Shown here: one piece after another, positions 9,202-24,200 of the stretch
Layout: each line of letters begins with the position of its first letter
How positions within the stretch are numbered: the stretch's first letter is position 1
Notes under the pieces: model-generated
Told to the model about the DNA's origin: nothing
What the model saw: only the letters and a program-made list of their open reading frames with translations
Database searches by the model: none
NCBI GenBank assembly: GCA_017623705.1
Contig: JAGAOQ010000015.1
Span: forward strand, 1-58,740
Reading direction: 5' to 3'
DNA from: Clostridia bacterium
GTDB lineage: Bacteria; Bacillota; Clostridia; Christensenellales; UBA1242
Length of the DNA: 58,740 nt
Translations under genes and position numbers: made by a program

Positions 9202-12200
9202 ATTGTTTTTGTTCATTGTACCAAACGATCGGTGTGCCGTCATCTTCTTTCAACGGTGAAGTTTTACCGTCATAATTATTCCAGAAAGCGGTTTCTAAAT
9301 ATGTGTATTTAACTTCTTCTACACCTTCTCTTACCCCATCATATTCGCTGAAATCACAAATCCAGTTGTAGGCACCATTCTTTGCCCAGAATTTCATATA
9401 ATTAAAGTAGCCCTTATAACCGTTAGCCGAGGAATAAACCGATTTAATGGCTTGGCAAGCACGCTTGAAATAATCATAAGGAACATAAAGTTGGGCATAT
9501 TTACTAGCTGGTCGATCTAGGTGAACCATAATATCTTTATGATCCCACGTCCACCACAAAAATTGTTTATAACTATCCTTTCCTGTGTCTTGCGACTCAG
9601 TGATAACCTCGGTTTCGTCAAGTTTTAAGGAATATACTGACCAAGTTGTTCCATCATGCGAAGCCGCATCGCTGTGATACAAATAACGTTGAAGCCATTG
9701 CCTTACAATGTACGCTGCATGAGTTGTATTTTGACACATTTGTGGTGTAGCACCGTTATTTCCCCCACACGCATGATCACATTTTGTTGCGTATTTATTA
9801 TCAAAAACGAAAGCGTCATAATATTGGAAAACCCTTTCGTTAACGGCAAATTCGTAAGTTTCTTCCCCAATCGTACCACGATAACCCGCATCCATAATTT
9901 CATAACGTTCATTGTATTCATAACGGTCAATCACATGACGTTGATGGTCAAGTGGCATTTTGTAATTTTCATATTCTTCTAATTGATCCCAACCATAATA
10001 TTGCACAATTTTATCATCACTGGCATTACTTTCGGTCAATTGCGGTAAAATGTATTTATCACCGGTTTCCATACCCGTTTTTTCATCAACTGCCTTTTCA
10101 CCACTGCTTTGAATTTTTGGGAAAACCGTGGTACTGATTTGACGTTTCAAAATCGGTGTTGTAATTGGAGCTTGGTCCGTGGTGGTACCAATTTTTTTCA
10201 AATATTCCACATTATTTTCGTATTTTTCCATTCGTTTCCAAACCGCAAACGCATCAATAGTTAACCAGCCGTCTGTGGTACGAATCGTTTCGCCCGATTC
10301 AACATCTTCCACGTCGCCACGATCAGGACGATATTGATCATCGTAAGCGTAGATATTGATCCATTCACAATAGTCACGATAGGTCATGAATGGTTGACCG
10401 TCATTGTACCAATTACGACGGTATTCCACCAAATCATCAGTACGTGCTTTTTGCGTAACATCGTTATAGAAAATTTCCTTACGAACATTTTGGGTCAAAA
10501 CCCATTTGAAATCATCAGAATCAAAAACATTATCTTCGTCTAAATTTTGTTGGACGTAATAAATATAATGATTCAAACGGAAATACTTAGTTTCATCGGT
10601 GTTGGTTTCTTTATTACGAATAATACAACTGCCACGATCACTGTACGCCCAATTAATATAATCAGCTGTGGTATGTTCGGCACGGAACAAAGTCATAAAG
10701 GCAGCACGGTCAGAAACAAATTCAATCGCATCTGCTAAATCATTTTCGGTTGCAAGACTATCAACAAAAGCCACTGAGGTACTATACCCCATATCATCAA
10801 TACTAAACGGATTCCTAAATGCACTGGTACTTGGAATCATGGGTTTTTCTTCATCTTTAATTTTACCTTCATTGATTTCGCCATCAACCGATAAAGTTGC
10901 ATTATAAACTTTAACAAACAACAGGTAATCGGCATAGGTACTCCACCATTTCCAATTTTCACCAGAAGTGTCATAATCTGTACCCAAAACAATTTCTACG
11001 TATTCGGCGGTCGTGAAATCCGCACTCTTAAAGCCCGATGCACCGTTTCCCGATGAAGAACTCCAATCGTCCGCCAAAGTGTAACCTTCTTTACGTGTTA
11101 ATATTCCATTATTGTTAAAATAAACAAAGCCACCATTTTCACTATTAGCCACGTAATTTACATTTTTAGTCATCGACTTTGTCATAGCGTGGGTTTTAAT
11201 TTTATCAAATTCTTCCGCTGTAAAGCCCTCGTTACGCCACCACAAAGCTTCTTCCAAATAATCGGACACATTGCCAGAATTTTCAGTACCACTGAATACC
11301 ATATCGTTTGGTAAAATTTGACGGGCAATTTTGAAGTAAGCAACATTTTCCGTTCCCAATTCACCTTGATAGAAGTCTGGATTTTCACTTACATCAACTT
11401 GATACAAGATTAACTTATCCAAACCTGAACTACGGCTGTCGGCTGAACCTGTACCCGCAGCACTGATTGTACCAAAGAGTTTATCGCCGTTATCAATGTA
11501 CATTGCCGGACCTACGTTACCATGTCCGCCTAAATGTAAATCTTGCGTATAATTATAGATGTAATAAGTGTCTTCACCGTTTTTGAATTCAGTTTTCGCA
11601 TTTGACGCTGGGAAATACCAAACACCAAGTGGTTCACCAGAATCATAAACACCGTCGCCATCATTATCTACGAACCAGTTATTATTGTCGACAATTTGTG
11701 CTTTGGTTTGATAAACAGCACGAACATTGCCATTATTTGATTCACTAAATACATTACCATAGGTTGTTGCCGCTAATGCGTATTTCAAATCGTAACCGCC
11801 AGTTTGTACTGTATAATAATTTTTAATAAAGTTACTTTGCTCTGCTGACCAATTATATTGTTCTTGTTTTAATGCAAAGATGTAACTATCCGTCGCAGTT
11901 TCACCTGCACTTTCATATTCATGAATCAAAGCATACAAACTGCCACCCATGCCGATAATTTGTTTATATTTAGAAATCGTCAAGCCCTTAGTTGCTTTTG
12001 CTTGGGTATACTCAACCAAAGCTTGCCATGATTGTTCTGTGCCAAATTCGTCGGTATAACTAATTACACCGTTATTGACTTGGATTTGTTCTTGTGCATT
12101 TTCTAATTTTGCCGCAGTCGTCCAGTTCAATGTCAAAGCACCAATGTCGCTGATACGAGTACTGTTCTTGTCTGCTGAATTTAGACGATGACCATATTTA

Positions 12201-15200
12201 ACCCATGCCGTTTCATTTTCCATGATAATATCGTTTTCACGACTAATCATGTCAATAAATTCAGGAACGGTTAATAACCCACTACCGTTAATGTCTAATT
12301 GTTGATTCAAATACAAGTACGAAACATAACCGTTAGTGCCTGCGACTGGGAAATTGCTCGGGACTGAGTAATTATAATTTACCGTACCGAAACTACCAGT
12401 AAAGTTTTGACCATACAATTCCGACATATAGTAGTAATAGTGTGCCAATGGTAATTGCCAGCCATTAACTTTGAAATTGTTTTCGTCTGTATTAGCAGTT
12501 TCAATCACGTAATTGATGAAAATTTGCATCGGGTCTTTGCTTGTGAATTGACGACTTTCTTCCATGTTAGCAAGCAATTTACGGAAGTATTCTTGACTGC
12601 TGATTTTTATAGCATCATTTGCTTGGGTATTATTACCTTTATCATCTTTAATGAAAACGTATTCTGCCAAAGTTTCAGTGCTTGGGAAAACCATTTCAGT
12701 GAAACTATCACCTTTGATTGCATATAATTCAGCATAACGATAATCAGTTGATGCAACTTTACTGTCTTTACTATACTCTTTGAAGAGCAAATAATCTTCG
12801 TATTGAGCCCATGTAAAGTTTGCGTTTTGAGCACCTGCTAAATCACCATAAACTTTGTATTGGTAAGTAAATAATTCAACGGCTTTTTGATAACGAGCTT
12901 CACGATATTCGTTAACTTTTTCGATAAATTCATTTTCGTTTTCACTTGTTTCTGCTTTTGTGCTTGTTGCACCATACGACACGTATGACATATAATTTGC
13001 CAGAACTTTATCGCTATAACCCTCAATACTACTGTGACTGTAATCCCATTTTGCAAAGATTTTATTTTCTTTAACCCAGTTCAATAAATCTGCTAATCCG
13101 CTATCATAATATGCTTCCGCACGAACTAACACGTTCTTGTGGTTAACCATTGATGTTACGTAAGTTGGTAAACTACGCAACCATGGTTCTAACATTGTTA
13201 CACGAGTTACCAAGTCTTTATCAGTAATTGTATTTGCCAAATAAGCTTTGTATTCTTCAAGCGTCATAGTTTGCACTTTGTAAGTCGTATTCGCTACAAC
13301 TCCAAAAGCATTATCGACTTCTGATGTCTTAAAGTCATCAGCCGAAACATAGCTATAAGTAGCAAAGTATGGAACGTTAATACGTAACATATTCATACGG
13401 GTCGTAACTCCGCCACTGAACGAACTACCAGTTGCACGACTATAACCAATAACGCTACCAAAGTAGAAACCAAATTTCTGCACTTGTGCTGCTTTAACTT
13501 GTACGCTGTTTACATTAACAACACTGTTAGTGTTAATCGCATTATTGACATAACCATAATCGCCGTTAACACCGACAACACCACCGATTACGTATTGCAA
13601 CGCACTCTTACTTGCACCCAACACGTTAACATCAACATGAATATTCTCAATAACACCACTGTTGATATTATCGTTGAAACCATCATTATAGCCAGCAATT
13701 GCACCTACTGTCATTCCCCAGAAACAAGTTCTTTCGTCAAGCGGAACAGTTTCATCAACTACAACTGATGGATTATCACGGAAAATATATGATGAACCAG
13801 CGGAACTTAAAGTCGTCCAGTTTTTCAAATTCATTGTACTATAAGTAGTAGTTTCACCATTATTTACGGTAACGCCACCCGTAATCTTACCTAAGTTAAT
13901 ACCAACGATACCACCTAAATAATATTTACCGGTTAAGCTATTCAAGCTTAATAAGTCTGGTTTACGTAATTCAATCGTTTCGTCCATGATACCGATTAAA
14001 CCACCAGCTACGTTTGCCGAAACATCTTTAACCGCACCACTGATATTTTGCAAAATAATTTTACTGGTATAATACACGCCCATGCCGTCATTAACCGTAT
14101 CGTTAATAACATTACCCATACGATCTTTTAAGAACCATTCTCTTTCGGTATTCAAGCTACGGCAATCTTCATCTGGTGCAATAGCAATTTCATTACCAGC
14201 TGCGTCTTTTTTAACAATTTGTTTGTAGAATTCACGTGCATAGATTTTTGATACACCATTTTCATCAACGACACGGTAATTATTTGGATTTGAGGTAATG
14301 AATCCAAAGACAGCACCCGCCGTACCATAACCTTGCTCGTAAGAAATATCCAATGCTTCAACTTTTGCGTACAAGGTTTGTTGATAATATTCTTTACCTG
14401 AACTGAATTTATTTGAACCGATGTCAGTTTGTCCACTGTGGAAATTAGCAGTTACAGATACTGAACTATGTAAATTATAATTTTCGACAGAAATATCGTT
14501 AACGACATTTAAGCCAACAAACCCACCGACAATGTTTGCACCTTTAATGACATCTGCACTTGATACTTTAACATCAACGAAGCTTGTATTGATTGCAATA
14601 CCAGCAATACCACCAACGTAGCGAGCTGTTGAGTTAATACTTCCCACTTCAAAGTTGATATTACGGATTGTTGCATATTCAGTTTTACCGAACAAGCCCA
14701 TCGTTGCCAAGTCATTAGTAACAGTATCCAAACTAATACCACTCATCGTCAAACCGTTACCTTCAAAAGTACCAGTATAAATGATTTTATAAGTATCTTT
14801 AATACCATTGAGCAAGACATTATCAACTAAACGTAAGTGGTTATTTTGACGGCTTCTTTCAATATTGGTCAAAACATTAGCTTGTCCTGCTTTATCAGAT
14901 TCAGTTGCTTGTGCAGTTGCACCGTAAACATAGTCATTAAATTGGTCTTCCGTCCAAATTAAATACGGATTTTCGGCAGTACCAGGTTGATACAAGTAAG
15001 GTGATGAACCCCATGTATATTTACGGTAGCTAATTGCAATTTCATTAGCAGCACGTAACATTGGTCCAACATTTGTCATCTTCCAAATTGTGTTCTTATC
15101 CGAAACACCATTACCACTATCATCACCGATTGAGAAACCTTCAAAGTTATTGATTTCGGTATACCTTTCATTTTGGTTGTTGCTACTATTAGTTAAATGT

Positions 15201-18200
15201 TTCAAAGTACCATTCCAGTCATCACTCAAACTGATGCTGTCAGCATTACCTGCATAGATTAAATTTGACAAATTAGTTGTAACAACTTTATCAGTTTGCT
15301 TATCACCGTTAATAACAACGAACGGCGAATAGAAGTCCAAAGTACTACTACTTTGCAAGATAATGTTATTATTTTCAATACAGTTACTAATCTTACCCGT
15401 TGCAGTATTTTGGTAAACAAAACCACCAGCCGAACCTTCCGTACCAGTTTTTTCAATTACCATATTTACCAAACAATCCGTAATTGTACCAGTATTGATA
15501 TGTACGAAACCACCAAGTGAGTTACGAATAGTTCTTACCGCACCAGCAGTTGAAATGTGGTTACGTGAGTCTTCACGTTCAGTTGAACGACCCATTGCAT
15601 AGGATTGTTGAATAATACCTTCATTTTGTCCAACAAAGCCACCCAACAAGCTGGTACGACCGTTTAACTTATCAGCATTAGCATTGTTAATAACACTACC
15701 ATCACGGAAATAACTTGTTGTGATTGTACCTTGGTTAATACCAGCAAGACCACCAACAACAGATGACAAGACACTAATTTCGTCGATTTGACCAGATTCA
15801 GTGCGTTGTTCAGGTCCAAACAATTCTACGTCAATCAAGACACGGCTGTTTGTTACCATGTAAGTATTTGTACCAACCAAACCACCCAAGGTAACGGTCA
15901 AGTTTTCGTTCTTTGCATAAACGTAAAGTTTAGCTGCTGATTGACTATTGATTTCAATATCAGCAATGTTCATAATTGGACTATAATCGTCATAATTAGC
16001 AACACTGGTACGATCTGGAACAATCCAGTTCTTTACATTTTCCCATTGGTCATATTCAACTTCCCACTTACCTGTGGTTTCATTTTTAGTAATACCATGT
16101 CCTAAATTATTATAAACATTAGAAACTACTACTTTATCACCAACTGTACTTAATTTATAGAAATAATCAGCATCAAATACGTAACCATCTTTATTGAAAG
16201 CCAAATCTGTTTCAAACTTCTCACCTGTCATTGGGTTTTCAATGCTTGTCAAATTACGCATATCAAATTGCCATTCAGACAAGACAGCACAGTTAGTAAT
16301 AATACCATTGTTAATACCAGCTAATAAGCCAACATTAACTGTATTCGCTGCGTAATCTTCCAAATTAACATTCAAAACGGTAATTGATTCGTCTAATGGA
16401 GTATTCGGGTCATCTGCTGGTCCATGTTCTAATACGACTTGCAAGTTTTTAACAACTGAACCAGTTGGAATAGTTGTGAACAAACCAATATTTGCTGGTG
16501 TATCAGTTAAATCGAATCCAATATCATTGAAATGGATTTTGAAATTATTACCATCAAGGGTTGTATTTTCAGGGAAATCCGCAGGCTTCCACATTCCATT
16601 TTTTAATTGAGGAATTTTGTATAAGTAAATATCGCTCATTAAAACATAATCAATTCCTGAGTTTAATTCCATCAAGCGTGATGCGTTATCTTGCGTGATA
16701 AATACTGTTGAACGATCGCCGTCGCTACCAGGAGTTGATTTTTCTGTGGTATAAATCGCAATTTGACTTGTAATTCTTTGTGCTCCTTCCGTATTTCCGT
16801 ATGCCGCAACTGCTTGTGCACCATCAACATATTCTTGTGTAAAGTTAGTTACGCCATAAGAAATATTTGCAGAAAGTTGCATAATTGTAGTTGACGCTTC
16901 TGCTGAATCACGCAACAAGTATGAAGTATTGGTACTGTTTTCACGATAAACACTATAATTAACTTGGAAACCTTCTTGTGCGGTATTTTGAATTACCATA
17001 TAAGTATAACCATCGCTAATCTTAGGATCATAAGTATTGATTTCTTTTTCTAAACGTCTAATTGCATTTCTAATGTAAAGTAATTCTTCCGTAGAATAAT
17101 AATCTTCGTTTAATGGACCGCTTGCAATTTCAGGAGTGAAATACAATTCAACCGCACTATCATTCAAGGTAACTGAATCAACTAATTCACCACCAACTTT
17201 TAACTTCCAACCTTTAATTTCAAACAAAACGGGTTTAACTTGCAATGAATAATAGAACCATTGAGTTTCACCATCAACCAAGCGAGTATATGGAATACGT
17301 ACATCAATCCAACCAGTTAAAATTTTTGCCGAAGCACGTAAAGTAAATCCCAAAGTTAAATTTTGACGACCTGGTTCAATTACATCAAAAGCAAAGAATT
17401 CATATTCATTTTCGCCACGCTTCAAGCCACCATTGAAAATTTCAATAAACTCATAATAGAAAGTTATATTTGGATCACCTGCTATTACTGGATAATTACG
17501 AGAAGTACCGATTGATTGTAAGTGTTCTGAACTTTCACCTAATGTAGGTGTATCCCAACCAGGGAAGAAACTGATTTCACCTTCTTTGGTATTCACTTGG
17601 ATTTGTATATCAACTGTTACATCGGTCAATGGATTTACACTACCGATTTGCGGAATACCGCCGTTATAACCAATCACAACAGAACCTACAATGTTATTTG
17701 AGGCAGTGATATCCCCTATCTTTTGAATCCATAATGTATTGCCAAATGATTGTAAACGAACATTTACACCACCACTAATGTCTTCTACCTCTTCTACCTC
17801 AAAAGATATTGTTTCACTATATATTGCTGTGTTGAGTGAAGATTCAAGGTCTGTCAAGAATAAATTAACAATGTTGCGGACGTTAACATCATCAGCGTAA
17901 CTTGCCTTAACGTGCAATTCCAATGGAATATCTTGATTGCCTAATTCTAAATAGTTATTTTCAGCTGCGTCTAAATAGAAACCATCGATTACATACAAAA
18001 CAGGTGTAATATAGTATGAGAATACATAATCTGGTTCGGTAGCATCAGCAGATTCAGCATAAGGAATCTTAATTTCAACATTTACATTACGTAAAGCAAC
18101 AACCGCAGCCAATTCAACATTCAAGATTAAAGTATTAGTAGTTTCATCAGCAAGTTCACAATCTACAATTACCAAATTAGAACGTTCGCCTGGAATTGAA

Positions 18201-21200
18201 ATTGCCTCTTGTGTTGTTCGGTCTACAACAGTAATTTGGTCATAGAAGACCTTGCCTGCATCTGTAATTTCTACCGTATGAACTACAGAAGTACCAATCA
18301 CTTGAATCGAATTAGCAACCCCTGAACTCAAAATTACATCTTGAACATGACTATTCCATTCATCACGTGTATATCCTGTTGAAATCAAAATTTGGTTAGC
18401 AATTAAAGTACTACTGCTGTTAACTAATTTTGGTACACCATCTTCATAAACAATGTATGTCGACAAACCAACAATGTTATCAGTCTTCGTATAAGCATCT
18501 ACATTACGACGTAAAGTTAAATTATTTAATTCAACATTATTACTGGTAACCGTCGCCGAAATAAATTCATTAGCAGAATTTTCGATGTTCAATTTTGCGG
18601 CTTCGATTGCACGTTGTAAATCAACATCATCAGCTTTTGAAGCATTGACCTTAGCAACATATTTAATATTTGTAACCAAATTACTAATTGAAGTTAACAA
18701 CAAATAATCAGGATTATTTTCGTTTTTAATTAACTGTGTTGCACCGACATCGGCATCAGCAGCTTCAATTGTCCAACCTTTTAATTCAAATAACAATGGC
18801 GTAATTTCAATACAATGACTATACCAAACGTCTTTGCCATTAACCAAAGTCATATAAGGAATATAAATACGGATATTGTTAGCTAGGTCGCTGATATTTG
18901 CTTTTAATTGTACTTGTAAAGTTCCTTTTGTCGGATCAACCAAAATACTTAAATTATCATAGACTTGACTTGTTCCATTTAGTGAATTCTTAAATGGAGT
19001 AATTAAACTACCAGCATTTTCAGTCCACAAATATTGATAACAAACTTGACCTTTAATGTTTTTCAAAGAATAAAGTTTAGTTGCACCAAGAACTTGATTA
19101 GCTTTTGTCGTCCCCATAACTGTTGGACGTTCTGGTTTTGGTGTTAAACTAGCCGACCAAATACGGTAAGGAATAATACTTTCAACTACATTACGTTGAT
19201 CTTTGGTAATTTCAGCAATCGTTGGGTATCCTGCTTCATAATTGATTGCGGCGTCAAAAATAATATTTTGGTAACTGTCAGTCATAATTGAAACAGGTGC
19301 ATTGCCATTATTCAAACTCGCATTCAAACTATCAATTGAACTTTGTACATTTGCCAAAATTTCATCAGTCAAAGAGCTGGAAAGTTTAGTTGTTAATACA
19401 CGATATTTCAAATCTTCCACAGTGTATGGAGAAATAACCCAAACAGCACGCTCTGGGTGGTCAATTGTTTCAAAACCTAACACTTCATAATAAACTGGGT
19501 TAATTTTCAAGACCAAAGCACTGCCAATTTCAATTTCAATCGGTGTACCAATTTCTGCCGTGTCTAACAAATTAACAGTAACATAATTTTTATCTGTTGA
19601 ATCCCATGTTACGGTATAATTTGCTCCATTTTCAATGCCCGTTACACCATCTAGGACACTACTATCTACATAATAAGTTTTTGACGTACCGATAGCTTGG
19701 TACTCAACACGTTCAACAGGTTCACTTGCCGAACCGACAACAACTTTGAAAGAATTCAAAACTCGCTTTGAAATTTCATCACTAAATTCTGGGATTCCTT
19801 GGAAAGGTACATAAGAAATCGATGACGCAACTTGGAAATGATAAATCACATCACTTTCACGAGTACGTGTTTTGGTTACATAAGGTGAGTAACGTGCTTC
19901 GTCGATAAATGCTTTCATTTTTTCTTGTAATAAAGCACCTACTCCACCTTCTGTTTGATTAAATACATCTTTCGAGTATTCTAAGACTGGCGTAAAATAA
20001 GTGTCCCCATCAAATTCGGACAAATCGCTCATAAAGTCATCAATTGAATCGACGACAATCATATTATCAGCATAACCATTCAACGCAAAGCCAGTTACCT
20101 TAAACCATACTGGACGAATTGTTAAGATAAAAGCAACATTTTCAACATCGAAACTATTTGGAGCATCTTGAACATGATTTTTTTCGTAATAGATAAATAC
20201 TTTTAATTCTCGATTTACCAAATCAGCATTTGGGTCTAACGTTACATATAATTGATTACCTCTTGCCTGTACTTTCCAGCCATTTGAACCATTTTCATAA
20301 GGTGTCAATTTAGTATCGTCATCAGCATATTCGCTATTACTATTTTCATACAAAGCAATCATATCGTTTGTAAAACCAAACGGTAATTCGTTAAAATCAA
20401 TTGTATAAACTTCATTATAACCAATAATCAAATCAACCGTACGACTACGTGGAATATTTGGACGGACTAAATCAGGAAGATTGATTTGGTCTGAATAACG
20501 AACATATTCAAACACATCACGTACAATTTGAGTCGGTACTGCTTGGCTTAGTTTGATAATGCTTGGCACACCATTTTCGTAATCGATTGCCGCACGAACT
20601 ACCAAGTATTCTGCCCCGATTGTATAAATATCCAAATAATTAGCCCAAGTTTGTTTTGTCCATTGTTCTGTATCAACATCATATAATGCGAGTTGTTGAT
20701 TAAAAGCATCAATTTGTGCCTGTAAAGCTGTTTTGAAACTTTCATCACCCAATAACGAATAACGAGCATGAACACGGAACATCAAGTCATCAATATCGTC
20801 AGCTAAATCATCAGCAATAATCAACCACATGTGTTGTTCAGGGTGATTAACAACTTCAAAGCCATCAACCAAGAACCACACTGGCTCAATATTCATTGTG
20901 AAGTTACGAGTACCGCTAATTGAAATTGTGATATTCTTACCAACTAAATCACTATTTGCAGCTACAAAAACTTTTAACGCATAACCAACACCATATTCTA
21001 CTACATCAGCACCAACGATTGAAGTATCATGAATTGTTGAACCGTCCACCACAACAGCTACGGATTCTTCACCCGTAAATTCAGCACCTAAATAATAGAA
21101 TTCCGTAGTACCAACAGCTTGGTAGTGCTTAGCCGATGAACTACTTTCCTCTCCTACGGTGAACTCGATATAATTTTCAATTACATTTAGTGGATAACTT

Positions 21201-24200
21201 TCAACACTTAACAGAGCAGGAACTCTGCGACCATCAGAACCAGCAGAACCATAATCAACAGCAACATCAATTTTCAAATATTGATCTTCAACAGTAACTT
21301 CAAGCAAATTACCTCTTTCGCTGTTCAAAATAGTATTAAAGGCATCAATGAATTCGATAACTTTATCGCCTTGATAACTGATTTCGTCATTATATTTTAC
21401 TTTCGCACGATAGAAAATCTCCGTAACACTAAGGTCAGTCATATCAACAGGTTGTTCCGGATAAATTGTTTCAATTCCAACAACCTCAAACAGGACAGGT
21501 TGTACTGTTAATACGAATGCTAGTTCGTAACCTGCATAAAAATTAAAGACAATGTCATCATTTTTTAACAAGGTTTCAGCATCAGGTAATAACTGAACTG
21601 TTAAAATACTTTCATCAAAAGTTACTTTCCAACCACGTTTTTGTAATTTTTCATCGTCAAACGTTAGATAGTCAAGATCTAATGTAACATCTTTGTTAAC
21701 ATCAATAACATAACTAGCCGTTGTACCAACAGCTTGAACTACCGAACGAGTGCGTGGACCAACAGGCATTGGTGGCAAATCACCGCTATAACTGTTCTTT
21801 CCATAAATGGTATAAGTGAAATCAATATCAATTCGTGCAACATAAACACTATCGGCTAACGATGCTTCAACTAACGTTGGTGTTCCGTTTTGGTAATTCA
21901 AATAAGCTGTAATGTGTAAATCACCCGACAATACACTGGAATCGTAATAACGACCAATTAAATGAGCTTTCGTCGTTTGAAGTTCATCATTGAAAGCACT
22001 TAAATATGCTGGAATGTTTAATGCTTCATTTGTCGAATATTCGCCAAAAACAGCTTCAAATAATACATCTTCCGGTGAATCACATTCATCACCATAATAC
22101 AAGACAATATCACGGTCTTCATTGGTCTGTCCTGCTACTGTTAAATCATCAACTGTAAAATAAGCTGGAATAATATTCAAAATATATGATGGTTCTTCGT
22201 CGTCAAACTTAATGAAGATACCCATACGAATAACTTGACCAATGAGTTCCGTTGATTCGTTTAAACCGACACGAATACGTTTTGGATTGCTGTCAAATTG
22301 TAGCCACCAATGTTGATACGCACCATTATCATAAGTTTCCCAAATATCATTACCTTCACCATCTTTGCCTGTGCTAATTTTGACTGCCCCAACAGTTCTG
22401 TTAACGTTGTAAACCACTTCTTGCCCAATCGCTTGTGCTTTGGTATTTTCAGGAATGCCGTCCGTTAATTCATAACGATATGCGTTTTGTACTACCGTTT
22501 GAGCATTTACCAAATTAACCAAACGTGGTAAACCTTCAACATAGCTAATTCCCGCAAAAACAGTAACATAACCAGCATCGTCAATTCGAGATACTAAACT
22601 TGAACCGTTTAATGAATACAAGAAATCATTAAACCAGTTTTCAAAATTTACATCACTTGCAGTTTCATTGCTGTAATTAGATACAATATCCAACCTTAAT
22701 TCAGCTAACCAATTACTTTCGTTTTTAATTAAGACTGGTGATTCATCAATGTGATCAGCCAATAAAATTTGTTCAACCGTAAAGTAAGTAGGAATAACTT
22801 TTAAGGCATACATTAACTCACCATCACGGTTGTAAGCCATAATCACCAAAACTTTATCAAATAAATCAGTATTTTGATCTAAATCAACTGTGATTACGCT
22901 TTCCTTAAAGTTGAAAATCACATTCCAACCACAGCCCTTTGTCCAAACATATTTACCGTCTTGACGTACTTCATATTTATCAACCAATGAGTCATAAATT
23001 ACGCCAGGCAAAGCAATATTATAACGTATTGAAGTACCAATCGCTTGTGCTACGGTACGAGTACGTCCATTTGGAGCTACCTCTAAATCAGGCATAAATT
23101 CTTCACTTTCACCGATTCCAGAACCAAAAGTACGAACTGGTAAGTAAGTTAGAATCTTATCACCATTATTATTTAAGGTAGGAATACCATTAACGTAAGA
23201 AATATTACCAGCAACTAACAAGTAACTAGTTGCAGTAATTGGATTTGACGCATCAGCACGGGTTAAAGCACGGGTCGTGTTATCAAAATTAAAATTCAAA
23301 ACACCGTCATCGTTTGGAACACGACTAAATGATAAAGCCAAAGTATTTGATAAATTATTTTGTGCGTTTAATAGTTCTGCATTAAATGTGTTAATTGCAC
23401 TAACCACATCACTATCATCAACAGCAACAATATCCCCTGCTTCAACGGTTAAAACTGTCGGTGTTGTCAAAGCAACGATTGGATCAACTGGATTATTAGC
23501 CAACTTAAATTCGCTAAATGTGAAGTAAACCGGAATAATTGTTAATTCTAATTGAGGTGTGATAATGTTTGCCGTCGAATAAACGTTAATTACAATTTTA
23601 CCAGCTTGAATTAAAGCTTTGTATGCTTCATTATTGGAAACTGTTGCACTCTTATTTTCTAAACTAACCGTAATAGTTACTGTATTGCGGTTTTCAGTTT
23701 TAATATTTTTATCCCAGTAATCTTTAATACTTGCATCATTAGTTTGTGCATCTTGTAAATATAATCTTGAAGCATGCAAAGGGTCCCAATTATAGAAAGT
23801 ATAAGTACCTGCTGTTCCAACTGCCAAGTATTCAGTACGTTTAATTAAAGCATCACCCATAGTAATATCGTAATAGAATGTACGAGCATAACGGCAGTTA
23901 CCATTTTTGGTCAAAACTGGTTCGCCATTAACATAAGAATATGCAACTTCAACGGTTATTTGCCCTGCTGTTTCATAATCACAAGATAAATAACTCGAAG
24001 ACAACAAACTGTTGTTAAAAGCGTTCATTTTTTCAGTAACAGTACTGTTCAACATCGATGTATCGTAGTTAAACAACGCACGATATTTTAATTGAGTTAA
24101 TTCATCACGAGTAATTTGCAAACGAGATTCATAATGATTGATTACTTCCAAATCATTAACTTCAAAATATACAGGCACGATAACAACACTCAAATAAGGG

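Noticed and set aside
9200-16710. M26/IgA1-protease-like metalloprotease activity for the giant protein
   Set aside because: GLUG-like repeats are present but I found no HExxH motif downstream
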